From positions 3,328,001 through 3,392,000 of the forward strand of contig CBDIID010000003.1 in assembly GCA_965279515.1 (NCBI GenBank): 64,000 nucleotides of DNA, read 5' to 3'. The notes below the pieces were generated by a model. The model ran no database searches. It was not told the origin of the DNA and was given only the letters and a program-made list of their open reading frames with translations. Made by a program: the position numbers and the translations under genes. Below, piece by piece: positions 36,834 to 46,136 of this stretch (the stretch's first letter is position 1; each line of letters opens with the position of its first letter). Source of the DNA: Turneriella sp. (lineage in GTDB: Bacteria > Spirochaetota > Leptospiria > Turneriellales > Turneriellaceae).

Positions 36834-38417
36834 TCAGAAAAAAGTCAGCGAGACCATAAAACCGATAACAACGTTTTGGACACTATCTGCGTAGAGACGC
36901 GGGTCGGAACCGGCAGCGCCATAAACCGTGCCGAAATAAGAAAACCACGACATGCCAATGCCGAGATTGCGTGCCAGTTTCCATTCGATACCGGCATTGA
37001 GTTCGATACCAAAGCCGATTTTAGAAGCATAGGTCAGTGTCTCGGGGCCGTTGCCGAAATTGCCGTTTACGGTGATGCGGTTCCAGGCGGCATTGAGCGA
37101 GCCGCCGATAAAAAACCCGGATGGATGGAAATGGTAACGTCCGCCCGCACCGACGTTCAGTATCAATGGCTGCGTCGCGGAAGATTTTGTCAGGTTGCTG
37201 ACACCGCTCACGGCTCCAGTGAGAAAAAGCGCGATTTCATTCTTCAGTCTGAATCCGGCCATTCCCCTGGCCGTGATGCCTAGATCGGCGAGATCGATAT
37301 TGCGCAGCGTGCCGGCTGAGGGCATAAAGAAATGGAAAGAAGGGCCGAAAACGCCGGCAACGAAAAAATCAGAATTGTAACGCTCTTTGACCGGGGTTTG
37401 GATATCCACCGCGAGGGGATTGAAGTGTTTTATCTCGAGTTCTTTTCTCTCATTCTTTTGCAAAGCAACGTCTGCGTTCAAAATATTCTTATCCTGAAAG
37501 ATGCGGATATGGAACCGCTCGGGCGGCAGGCGCACCGTGAGAGGTTTTGCCGAAGTTTTGTGGAGTTTGAGACCCAGGTGGTTCTCGTTGTCGAAGATAT
37601 AGATCTTGCCTTCGATGCCGTTACCGAACACGAGTTGCGCTCCCACCTGCTTCAGGTCAGAGACAGGCAGATCGCCATAACCCGAGACCTTAAAATCAAA
37701 AAAAGGATGCTGCGGGCCAGCGCGTGACTCGAGGGTATTCGCGAGCGTCTCTTCATAGGAATAGGTGTAAGCCTCATGGAGACTCACGCGTGAATCATGG
37801 TTGAGATCAGCCGCGCCGCGCAGCCCTGCAATCAGGTTGTGTGTGAAATAAGAGCCGCGCAGCTGGTCCGATTCCTGCGAATCCTCGGAAGAAGAGCTCG
37901 AGGCGAGAATCGCTGTGCCGCGGTGGCTCACCGATTCCGAAAGTACGGCCGAGGGCACTCTCTTGCCGCCCTTGATGCGCGCGAGGCTGCCCGACGAGCA
38001 CGAATCGAGAATGACGATGTTGACTTCGGAGGGCAGATCATGGATCCATTTTTTGAGTTCCGCGAAGTCCAAAACCGAGTTTTCGATGAGGAGTCCCGTC
38101 TCGTCGGAGTGGCCGGAATAATAGAAAAAAACCTCGCGCGCGGATTCTCTGCTTGCGGCGAGCATGCCCGTAAACTTGCGCAGGTTGCGGCGTAACGCCT
38201 GGATGTCAGGCTCGATGAGAACGATGGAATTCTCGTTTTTCAAATTGCCGATTTCAACCAGCGTCGCATGCAGCTGCCGGGCGTCGCGGTGTGCATACTT
38301 GAGCAGTGCCTTTTTGCTGCCGCCGTTGTTCTTGCCGATGAAAAGCCCGAAACGCGTTCCCGCAAAGAGGCCCTGCGCTAAAGACAGCAGAAAAAACAGC
38401 GCAGTGAGCGACTTCAT
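36834..38417 (-). CDS. Exported caspase-like protease (peptidase C14) with probable C-terminal outer-membrane beta-barrel
   Basis: Signal peptide; LKYAHRDA, FYYSGHS (His), ILDSCSSG (Cys), GSYFTHNL..GLRGAAD, QHP; amphipathic strands ending SLTFF. Confidence 0.88.
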   Translation of the reverse strand: MKSLTALFFLLSLAQGLFAGTRFGLFIGKNNGGSKKALLKYAHRDARQLHATLVEIGNLKNENSIVLIEPDIQALRRNLRKFTGMLAASRESAREVFFYYSGHSDETGLLIENSVLDFAELKKWIHDLPSEVNIVILDSCSSGSLARIKGGKRVPSAVLSESVSHRGTAILASSSSSEDSQESDQLRGSYFTHNLIAGLRGAADLNHDSRVSLHEAYTYSYEETLANTLESRAGPQHPFFDFKVSGYGDLPVSDLKQVGAQLVFGNGIEGKIYIFDNENHLGLKLHKTSAKPLTVRLPPERFHIRIFQDKNILNADVALQKNERKELEIKHFNPLAVDIQTPVKERYNSDFFVAGVFGPSFHFFMPSAGTLRNIDLADLGITARGMAGFRLKNEIALFLTGAVSGVSNLTKSSATQPLILNVGAGGRYHFHPSGFFIGGSLNAAWNRITVNGNFGNGPETLTYASKIGFGIELNAGIEWKLARNLGIGMSWFSYFGTVYGAAGSDPRLYADSVQNVVIGFMVSLTFF

Positions 38418-39214
38418 GCTTTCTTGAGTCGTATCGCTATCTGCAGCGCGCCCTTAGGCAATTCTTTACCGGGTTTGCCGCGACGCGTCAGGGATTTCAT
38501 GATTTTTTTCAGCGGCAGCGGTTCATCTGCCGCAATGAAAAAGAACTGTTCAAAACCCGGCCTGTCATCGAGCTTAAAGGCGTGGGGGATTTTCACTTTT
38601 GCACCGCCCATAAGTTCCTGTGGCGCCTTTTCCGATTCGGGGAAATGCAGGCTCACCGCTTTATCGGCGTCCACTGAGACGATGAAACCATAACGGTTAC
38701 CCGAGGCGCGGTAGGCGATCTGGATTTCATCGCCGCCTTCCACTTTGTCGCCGTCTGCCAGAATCTGCTCTTTGCCAGCGCGGATTATGGATAAGAAGAG
38801 GGTGGGTGTAAGCCCTTTGCTGCGGACTGTGTTTTCGTTGTCATGGCCATTTAAAACGATGAGATTCGTTTCCTGCTTGCCGGCGATTTTATCTTCGCCT
38901 TTTTGCTGAGTCGCTTGGGGGAAATAGAGAACCGCGGCGATGCAGGCGGCCGCAAATACGAGAGCGCCAAGAGCGCGCGGGCCGAAAATTTTTCGAAACC
39001 AGGGTTCGGTTTCAGGTTCTTGGGAGAAAGCTCCGCCGCGCAGCCGCGGGTGGGCGCGGTAATAGTCTTCTGTTTCTTTTTTGAGCGCATCAAGTTGTTT
39101 GCGCAGCGCCGCGTTTCTGCCGAGTTCTTTTTCCACGGCGGTCATTTCGGCGGCCGGCAACTCGCCCAGCAAATAGCGTTCGAGCTTCAGGTTGAAACCT
39201 TTTTGTTTATGCAT
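38414..39214 (-). CDS. Single-pass anti-sigma-like protein with periplasmic DUF4384-like domain
   Basis: LERYLLGEL N-domain, TM helix, RSKG, GDEIQIAY, VSLHFP, FKLDD..GFEQFFF. Confidence 0.7.
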   Translation of the reverse strand: MHKQKGFNLKLERYLLGELPAAEMTAVEKELGRNAALRKQLDALKKETEDYYRAHPRLRGGAFSQEPETEPWFRKIFGPRALGALVFAAACIAAVLYFPQATQQKGEDKIAGKQETNLIVLNGHDNENTVRSKGLTPTLFLSIIRAGKEQILADGDKVEGGDEIQIAYRASGNRYGFIVSVDADKAVSLHFPESEKAPQELMGGAKVKIPHAFKLDDRPGFEQFFFIAADEPLPLKKIMKSLTRRGKPGKELPKGALQIAIRLKKA

Positions 39215-39692
39215 AGATCTCTGCCTTCATCTTTTCCGCCTTCTCAGATAATTTCCTCAGGCGCTTTCTGACTCCCGATACAGACAGGCCGGATATTTCA
39301 GAAATTTCTTCGTAGTTCAGCTCGTCGACATAACGCATCACGGCGATTTCCATCATGTCGTCTTTTTCCCCGGCGAAAACCCGTGCGAGAACCTCTTTCC
39401 CTTCGAGGCTTTCTGAAAAGTCATCTTTACCTTCAATGTTATTAAAAAACGCGTCATCCTTAAAGCTGATTTGTTTTTCTCTCTTCAGGATATTCAGGCA
39501 GGTGTTTGTCGCAATGCGGAATAACAACGAGCTCGGGAATTCATCCCTGATGCGCGCATTGTTTTTCAGAAGGGCCATAAATACCTCCTGCACGGCATCC
39601 TGGGCGCGGCTTTCATCACCCAGCATTTGCCGGCACCTGCGGAAAACCATAGCCCCGTACTTGCGGTAGTACAGTTCTATGTCGACAGGCAA
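39207..39692 (-). CDS. ECF RNA polymerase sigma factor
   Basis: Region 2 (AQDAVQEVF, LFRIATNTCLN) and region 4 HTH (NYEEISEISGLSVSGVRKRL). Confidence 0.9.
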   Translation of the reverse strand: MPVDIELYYRKYGAMVFRRCRQMLGDESRAQDAVQEVFMALLKNNARIRDEFPSSLLFRIATNTCLNILKREKQISFKDDAFFNNIEGKDDFSESLEGKEVLARVFAGEKDDMMEIAVMRYVDELNYEEISEISGLSVSGVRKRLRKLSEKAEKMKAEIYA

Positions 39693-39855
39693 GCTTTCCC
39701 CTCACAATCCATAAACAACTGAACAGTGAATAACTGTCACCCTACGGCGTCTATTTTTTTGCCGGACCTGAGAAAAATCCGTTGGTTTTTGGTATTTAAA
39801 CTGTAGGATGGAAAATTAAAATTTTCTGGACAGGGTATGGGAGTGGGGGTAGATT

Positions 39856-40113
39856 ATGACTATGAGCGAGTGGGTTATCTTAGCTTTGGGGCTGGCTGGG
39901 ATTGTTGCGCTCATCAACGTACCGATCTTTTTTTTGCAGCGCCGTGAATCCAGAGAACGGCATGCGGATCTCCGGGCTTTCCAGCTGCAAAATGCCCGTT
40001 TAATTCTGGAAAATCGCCGTGAAAGTCGCCGCAGCCACGAAGATACCAAAGCTTTTCTCAAATCAATGGGTATCCGGCTGGATCAGGTTTTCGAACGCGT
40101 CGATAACCACTGA
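39856..40113 (+). CDS. Small hypothetical protein with one TM helix
   Basis: N-terminal hydrophobic helix, G-rich SD-like sequence. Confidence 0.5.
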   Translation: MTMSEWVILALGLAGIVALINVPIFFLQRRESRERHADLRAFQLQNARLILENRRESRRSHEDTKAFLKSMGIRLDQVFERVDNH

Positions 40114-40118
40114 AAGCG

Positions 40119-40454
40119 TTATTTCCGCGGCCTGAAATCCTTATCGTTCGAAAATACCAGCTTGCATTGTTTGCGTACACAGAGGTAGGCATGCGTCAGG
40201 CAAGACCCCGCATTGGGGCATTTCGCCTCTTTCGGGCAGTGTAATGCCGCGCGTGCCTTTTCGAGTTCTTTTGTATTGATCACCAGCGAAGTGCATGGGG
40301 TCGGGCAGCAGCCAGGCGCTGGTATACAATCGGCGTCCGATTGACACGATGTATCGTAAGGCGCCGAGCGCAGTATATTGATCTGCGTGTGCGATTTTGC
40401 CGAAAGGCCTGACAACAAAACGGCAGATAAAAGAAAGCCGATGATCTTCTTCAT
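40119..40454 (-). CDS. Small Cys-rich secreted protein
   Basis: Signal peptide; CQSDADC..CC..C disulfide-rich pattern. Confidence 0.65.
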   Translation of the reverse strand: MKKIIGFLLSAVLLSGLSAKSHTQINILRSAPYDTSCQSDADCIPAPGCCPTPCTSLVINTKELEKARAALHCPKEAKCPNAGSCLTHAYLCVRKQCKLVFSNDKDFRPRK

Positions 40455-40474
40455 GACAGGGTCAATTTCATAAA

Positions 40475-41188
40475 ATGAGGCATCCCAGAAATCTGTTTTT
40501 GCTCTGGGTAACCCTGCTGATAGCTTCAGAGCTGTTCGCCGAACCCCGGGTTATCCGCGCAACCGGCATCGATACGAAGACCGGCGAGAAAATATTCACC
40601 GAGGTCAACCATGTTCGCTTTAAAGACGGATTGCTTCTCTCGGGCGATGCGGAATTCCGCAATGCCGGCGGCAAAACCTACTCCAGACAAAAGGTTGATG
40701 TAAAAAGATCTCCTGTTGCTCCCGAATACACTTTTGAAGACCTGCGTGACGGCCACCGCGAAACGGTGCGGCATACGGGCACCGCCTACGAAATTATTTT
40801 CAAGGCGGATGCAAAATCTGCGGAAGAGAAAATCCCGCTGAAAATTCCCGAGCACGAAATTGCCGCCGTCACGATTCCCGGCTTTTCTAATTTTGTCGTG
40901 CGGCACTGGGATGCCCTGGTTGCCGGCAAGGCGGTTTATTTTTACCTGATCGTGCCAACGCAGCGCGACTATTACCGCTTTCGCCTCGTCAGGGATTCCG
41001 CAACGGCCGGGCTGGTGCACTTCCGTATCGAACTCGGGAATTTCCTTTTACGTATGTTTGTCGATGCGATCAGAATCAGCTTTGACACAGCGAAGAAGAG
41101 ACTGGTGCGTTACGAGGGTATTCACTTCGTGCGCGACCTGCCGAAATTTCTCGGCAGGAAAATGCGCGTCACCTACACGACAGATTAG
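40475..41188 (+). CDS. Secreted hypothetical protein
   Basis: Signal peptide; GFSNFV..HWDAL, LVRYEG. Confidence 0.65.
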   Translation: MRHPRNLFLLWVTLLIASELFAEPRVIRATGIDTKTGEKIFTEVNHVRFKDGLLLSGDAEFRNAGGKTYSRQKVDVKRSPVAPEYTFEDLRDGHRETVRHTGTAYEIIFKADAKSAEEKIPLKIPEHEIAAVTIPGFSNFVVRHWDALVAGKAVYFYLIVPTQRDYYRFRLVRDSATAGLVHFRIELGNFLLRMFVDAIRISFDTAKKRLVRYEGIHFVRDLPKFLGRKMRVTYTTD

Positions 41189-41874
41189 AGCGCGACGCCG
41201 AAAAATTTTCCCACCAGCGCGGTCACGCCCAGCGCAAGGCCGCCCCAGAACATCACGCGCAGTACGGCGCGGCCGACATTTGCCTTGCCCGCCTGGGCCG
41301 CCAGAGCCCCGAGGGATGCAAGGCTTACGAGTGCTGCGGCAGACACGGCGGCGATGGCGTATTTTTTGGGCGCCAGTGCTGTGACGAGCAGGGGAAGCGC
41401 GGCGCCGATGGCAAATGTTGCCGCCGAGGCGAGCGCCGCCTGCAAGGGGCGCGCGGTGTGAACTTCTGAGATTCCCAGCTCATCGCGCGCGTGCGCGGCG
41501 AGTGCGTCATGCGCCGTGAGTTGTTCTGCGACGCGGCGCGCGAGTTCGGGTTCGACGCCGCGGTCGATGTAGATGCCCGTGAGTTCTTTCAGCTCAGAAT
41601 CGGGTTCTTCAGCAAGTTCTTTTGTTTCCCGTGCGAGATCGGCGCGTTCGGTATCGGCCTGCGAACTGACGGAGACATATTCTCCCGCTGCCATCGACAT
41701 GGCGCCGGCGACAAGGCCCGCCGCACCTGTGATGAGAATGCTTTTGGTTTCGGCGCCTGCTGCGGCAACACCGACGACAAGGCTTGCTGTCGACACGATA
41801 CCATCGTTGGCGCCCAGAACTACGGCGCGCAGCCAGCCGATGCGCGTGGTGCGGTGGTTTTCCGTATGTTGCAT
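41185..41874 (-). CDS. VIT1/CCC1 iron/manganese transporter family
   Basis: WLRAVVLGANDGIVS, GAMSMAAGEYVSVSSQ, HARDELG. Confidence 0.93.
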   Translation of the reverse strand: MQHTENHRTTRIGWLRAVVLGANDGIVSTASLVVGVAAAGAETKSILITGAAGLVAGAMSMAAGEYVSVSSQADTERADLARETKELAEEPDSELKELTGIYIDRGVEPELARRVAEQLTAHDALAAHARDELGISEVHTARPLQAALASAATFAIGAALPLLVTALAPKKYAIAAVSAAALVSLASLGALAAQAGKANVGRAVLRVMFWGGLALGVTALVGKFFGVAL

Positions 41875-41948
41875 AAGTAGCTGCCGGTAAATGGATGGCC
41901 TACAGGGCAACGACCATTAGCGATACTCGGGATAGCTTTGTCTTTGAG

Positions 41949-41971
41949 TATAATGACACTGATGTCATTAT
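41949..41971 (+). promoter_or_regulatory. Consensus -10 overlapped by a 9-4-9 inverted repeat (operator)
   Basis: TATAAT at 41949-41954; ATAATGACA-CTGA-TGTCATTAT at 41950-41971. Confidence 0.65.
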
Positions 41972-42007
41972 TGATTGACCGCCTGTACTGTGCATGATGG
42001 ATCAGCC

Positions 42008-42583
42008 ATGCTTGGCATCCCCCTTGGCCTATTGGCCGCGAACGCCTTCGAATGGTATGCGCATAACAAAATTCTGCACGAGGCTGGCCGCGACAAAAAA
42101 GGCCAGGCGCATTACCATTGGGATCACCACCGCGAAGTACGCCGCCACGATTTTAAAGAGGCGCAGTACGAGCACATTTTCGGCGAAGAATATGACCGCC
42201 ACCGCTTCGAGATCGAAGCGCTGGTCAAAGTTTCGCTGATGGTCTCGCCGCTTTTTCCCGTAGCGCCGTTTTTCACGGCGACGCTCTGGTATTCCGCCTG
42301 GAATTATTACCACTGCCACCGCAAGGCGCATGAAAACCCCGAGTGGGCGCGCGAGCATTTGTCATGGCATGTCGATCACCACCTCGGCCGCAACCAGGAC
42401 ATGAACTGGTGCGTGACGAAACCCTGGTTTGATTACATCATGGGCACACGCGTCTATACGGCGCACAGCAAACCTGAATCGAATCCGCTGGGAATTCCAC
42501 TGCCCGAGTTTATGGAAAATCTATTGTGGCAGATTGTACCACGTGCGAAGAACGAACCCGCGCGGCAATCGGCCGCTGCCTAG
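42008..42583 (+). CDS. Fatty acid hydroxylase / sterol desaturase superfamily protein
   Basis: His boxes EWYAHNKILH, HWDHH, HRKAH, WHVDHH; DYIMGT. Confidence 0.8.
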   Translation: MLGIPLGLLAANAFEWYAHNKILHEAGRDKKGQAHYHWDHHREVRRHDFKEAQYEHIFGEEYDRHRFEIEALVKVSLMVSPLFPVAPFFTATLWYSAWNYYHCHRKAHENPEWAREHLSWHVDHHLGRNQDMNWCVTKPWFDYIMGTRVYTAHSKPESNPLGIPLPEFMENLLWQIVPRAKNEPARQSAAA

Positions 42584-43110
42584 CGTTTCAGTTTTCGGGG
42601 GTTCGTCTTCTTGTCTGCCGCGGCCTTGAGCCGGCCGATACCAATTTCGGCCAAGCCCTGAATGTCCGCATCTTTATCTTTCAATGCCGCTTTGAAGACA
42701 CCTGCTGCACGGGGGTCGTCGAGCACTGTTAACTGGTAGAGACTCCATTTTCTTGTTCCGGGGCGTTTTGATTTTGCTTTGGCGATGCAAATATCTGCCA
42801 GTGCCGGCCAATCGGGTTTGAATATTTCTTCAAAATCATGGCGCAGGCCTTCGAGCAGGTTATCCTGATCGAACTCTGTGGCGCGGTCGAGAAGTAATGG
42901 CACGGCATTCCGCAGGTGGCGTTTTGCGGCTTCGCGCGAAAATGCCAGAAAACGGTAGAGACCTGTTACCCAATATTCTTCCTCGTCCCAGGCAATATCA
43001 TCTTCGCCAGCGAGCGGCTTGGATTTCTTAAGCATGTTTAAAAATGCCGCGTCGCTGAGGTTTTTCCACCCGGCGGCAAATTCGGCCATATGATCAAACG
43101 CTGATTTCAT
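42580..43110 (-). CDS. HEAT-repeat-like hypothetical protein
   Basis: LDDPRAAGVFKAALKDKDADI repeat-like tail. Confidence 0.6.
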   Translation of the reverse strand: MKSAFDHMAEFAAGWKNLSDAAFLNMLKKSKPLAGEDDIAWDEEEYWVTGLYRFLAFSREAAKRHLRNAVPLLLDRATEFDQDNLLEGLRHDFEEIFKPDWPALADICIAKAKSKRPGTRKWSLYQLTVLDDPRAAGVFKAALKDKDADIQGLAEIGIGRLKAAADKKTNPRKLKR

Positions 43111-43228
43111 AGTCCTGTCCGAATAATACGAGCTAAGCAGAATAAAATAACCGCAGAATTTGTAAAAAAGTTTCCCCCGTTAATTTCTCTTGGCTTGACC
43201 GCATATTTCAGCGCACGGCTCCGCAAGT

Positions 43229-43639
43229 ATGCGCAAGCTAAATCTGATTTTTGGCCTGGTGTTGTTCCTCGCTTTTATCGGCACCGGGCTTTATCTCATG
43301 CTGGTTTTCAAACCGCAGAATATGACAAACCTGCCCGCGCGCATGGAAATCCGCGCGAACCATATCTATATTCTCTTCATCGCGCTGCTCAATATGTGGG
43401 CGTTTGCGGTGAAACCGAAGGTCGCACAGAAACCCGTCTATACATTTGAGTTTCTGTTCCGTGTTTTTCTCATGCTTGCCGGTGCACTTGCAGTCGCGGC
43501 TTTTTTCACCGAGCATAACGGAACACTTACGGGACGCAAATTCACTTTTTACGCAGTTGTGTCGTCGCTTTCGGCCACGGGGTTTTACCTGCTTACGCTC
43601 TACCTGGACAAAAAGGGACAGGAGGTCACGAAGCCGTGA
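43229..43639 (+). CDS. Small four-TM membrane protein
   Basis: Four hydrophobic segments; RANHIYIL; GTGA overlap with the next gene. Confidence 0.65.
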   Translation: MRKLNLIFGLVLFLAFIGTGLYLMLVFKPQNMTNLPARMEIRANHIYILFIALLNMWAFAVKPKVAQKPVYTFEFLFRVFLMLAGALAVAAFFTEHNGTLTGRKFTFYAVVSSLSATGFYLLTLYLDKKGQEVTKP

Positions 43640-44442
43640 GCGTAAACCCGCTGTCGCTATCAGAACCGTGGTCGCTCGTCGCTGCGGGCTACCAGGAAGA
43701 AACGGTGCCGGCATTCCGGCAGTATTGCCAAAAGGCGATGGAGCTTGCGGACTATCAGCCGGGTGGCAAGGTGCTCGACGTTGCCTGCGGACCGGGCACA
43801 TTGTCGCTGATGCTCGCCGATTCCGCTGCGGCTGTTACTGCGATCGATTTTTCAGATGGTATGCTCGACATCTTCCGCGCGCTTGCCTCTGACAAAACCA
43901 ACATCGCGATCCATCAAATGGACGGGCAGAAACTCGAGCTCCTCGATGCGGAATTTGATTTTGCCTTCTCGATGTTTGGCCTGATGTTTTTTCCCGATCG
44001 TATGGCGGGCTTTAGCGAGCTATACCGCGTGTTAAAACCGGGCGGGCGTGCCGCGGTTTCGAGCTGGGCGCCTGTCGCCGAATCGCCCATGATGCAACTC
44101 ATGTTCGGTTCGCTGCGCGCGGCGTTTCCCGAGCGCCCCGAACCCAAAACGAATATGCTTAGCCTTGAGAATCCTGAACTATTTAAAGAAGAAATGGAAA
44201 AAGCCGGATTTCATAACGTGAAAATTACGGCATTCGATGGCGCATGGCTCATCGAGAACGCGGAAAAATTTCTCGAATCGATGGTGCGCGGCAGCGCACC
44301 GCTGGAAATGATGCGGAAAAATTTACCCGAAGGTGTTTGGGCTGAGAAACGGAAATTAATCCAGGCGCATCTCGAAAAGCAGTTGCCGCCACTGCCGGTA
44401 AAACTCGCTTCGCGGGCGTTTATCGGCACGGGCACAAAGTAA
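43636..44442 (+). CDS. Class I SAM-dependent methyltransferase
   Basis: VLDVACGPG, IDFS, FGLMFFPD, RVLKPGG. Confidence 0.9.
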   Translation: MSVNPLSLSEPWSLVAAGYQEETVPAFRQYCQKAMELADYQPGGKVLDVACGPGTLSLMLADSAAAVTAIDFSDGMLDIFRALASDKTNIAIHQMDGQKLELLDAEFDFAFSMFGLMFFPDRMAGFSELYRVLKPGGRAAVSSWAPVAESPMMQLMFGSLRAAFPERPEPKTNMLSLENPELFKEEMEKAGFHNVKITAFDGAWLIENAEKFLESMVRGSAPLEMMRKNLPEGVWAEKRKLIQAHLEKQLPPLPVKLASRAFIGTGTK

Positions 44443-44467
44443 CCGATTCAGCTTTACGCTGAGAAGA

Positions 44468-45436
44468 ATGGATATTCTCTCCGGTATGGGGATGAATGCT
44501 AGACAAAGCGACGATCCCCCGGAGAAAAAATCTCCTGCTTTTGACATTACGCTGCGCGTCGGCTGCCATTTGGTCTATGATGCCAGCGGCCCGTCGACCC
44601 TGCTGCTCAACATTCAACCGTTACGCGACCGCAAGCATCTGATCATCGCGCAATCCCTCAGCATGGGGTCTGACCAGCCCATCGAGGAGTATGTCGATAA
44701 CCACGGGAATCATGTCTACCGCCTTGTACTGCAGCGCGGCAGCAATATCGTTCATCACGATGCGCTGATCGCGGCATATTCACAGCCCGATAACTATGAT
44801 TTTACGGCGGGTGGTCCTGTGCCCGTGGAAGATCTGCAACCCGAACTTTTGCGCTATACTCTGCCCAGCCGCTACTGCGACTCAGACAGATTAACGAATT
44901 TTGCCTGGGAAAAGTTCGGGCACATTGAACACGGGCTACCCCGCGTTCAGGCGATCAGCCAGTGGTTGCACAACAATATCGAATACAAGTATTCGTCGGG
45001 CCGGCCCGATTTGTCGGCAGGGGATGTGCTGCAGCGGGGCTACGGTGTTTGCCGTGACTTCGCGCATCTCGCTGTCGCGCTCAACCGCACGTTCAATCTT
45101 CCTGCGCGCTACGTGACAGGGCATCTGCCCGATATCGGATTTCCCGATGCGCAGGGGCATATGGATTTTCACGCCTATGCTGAAGTTTATTTGGGCGGCC
45201 AGTGGTATACCAGCGATGCGCGATTCCATGTGCCGCGCATTGGCCGCGTGAAAGTTTCGTGCGGTCTCGATGCTGTGGACGGTGCATTCTCGACGATCTA
45301 TGGCGGCGCCAATCTCAGCCATTTCGAAATCTGGGCCTACCAGGTTGCCCCGGGCTCCGTAGCGGTCGGCGATCCGATCGATCTTTCACGCCGCCTCGAC
45401 AACCAATGGCTGGTGCAGACCGATGCCGCGCCCTGA
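44468..45436 (+). CDS. Transglutaminase-like protein
   Basis: PSRYCDSD, GVCRDFAHL, ARYVTG, DFHAYAEVY, WYTSD (Cys-His-Asp triad). Confidence 0.9.
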   Translation: MDILSGMGMNARQSDDPPEKKSPAFDITLRVGCHLVYDASGPSTLLLNIQPLRDRKHLIIAQSLSMGSDQPIEEYVDNHGNHVYRLVLQRGSNIVHHDALIAAYSQPDNYDFTAGGPVPVEDLQPELLRYTLPSRYCDSDRLTNFAWEKFGHIEHGLPRVQAISQWLHNNIEYKYSSGRPDLSAGDVLQRGYGVCRDFAHLAVALNRTFNLPARYVTGHLPDIGFPDAQGHMDFHAYAEVYLGGQWYTSDARFHVPRIGRVKVSCGLDAVDGAFSTIYGGANLSHFEIWAYQVAPGSVAVGDPIDLSRRLDNQWLVQTDAAP

Positions 45437-46136
45437 CGGATCTCGCGCTTTGTTGCTTAGCTGCGAACATGCGCGAAATTCTCTTCCACCCGAATTGCGG
45501 CGCCTTTTCAAGGGCCGGCAAAGGCTACTGGACTCGCACCGCGGCTGGGACGAAGGTGCGCTGGAAATCGCGCGCGGCCTCAGACCGCGTCTCCGTGCGC
45601 CGCTTCTCGAAGGCCGTTATTCGCGGCTTGTGATCGATCTCAACCGATCGAGCCAGCACCGCGGCGCATTTTCTGAATTTACGCGGAAATTACCGCGGGC
45701 AGAAAAAGAGAATCTTCTGGAGAAGATCTATCATCCCTTTCGGCAAAATGCGCTGGCGCTGGTCCGGGGGAAGTCCCACACATTGCATTTGTCTGTGCAT
45801 TCATTCGTACCTGTTCTCAACGGAAAAGAACGAAACTGTGAAATCGGCATTCTTTATGATCCCCGCCGGCTTTCGGAAAAAACAGCCGCCCGGCGTTTGA
45901 AAAGTTCTTTTAAAAAACATTTTCCGCTTTTCCGGGTGCGGATGAACTACCCTTACCGGGGAATGTGCGACGGCCATACGTCTGCGCTCCGCCTGGTATT
46001 TCCGGAGAAACAATACACGGGTATCGAAATCGAGTTTAATCAGCGCCTGTTGCGCGCCCTGAAAAATAAAAAACCACTGCTTGAATTTCTGGCGCAGGCT
46101 CTCAAGCAGGCTTCGGCGCCAGAGCGCCCTTCGTAA
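45423..46136 (+). CDS. N-formylglutamate amidohydrolase family protein
   Basis: LSCEHA, HRGWDEGA, SRLVIDLNR, SVHSF, NYPY, IEIE. Confidence 0.85.
   Translation: MPRPDGSRALLLSCEHARNSLPPELRRLFKGRQRLLDSHRGWDEGALEIARGLRPRLRAPLLEGRYSRLVIDLNRSSQHRGAFSEFTRKLPRAEKENLLEKIYHPFRQNALALVRGKSHTLHLSVHSFVPVLNGKERNCEIGILYDPRRLSEKTAARRLKSSFKKHFPLFRVRMNYPYRGMCDGHTSALRLVFPEKQYTGIEIEFNQRLLRALKNKKPLLEFLAQALKQASAPERPS

Noticed and set aside
39705..39740. ECF autoregulatory promoter (GTGACA...GTT) shared with the 35277 region
   Set aside because: Spacing to a -10 motif differs between the two sites; too weak to call
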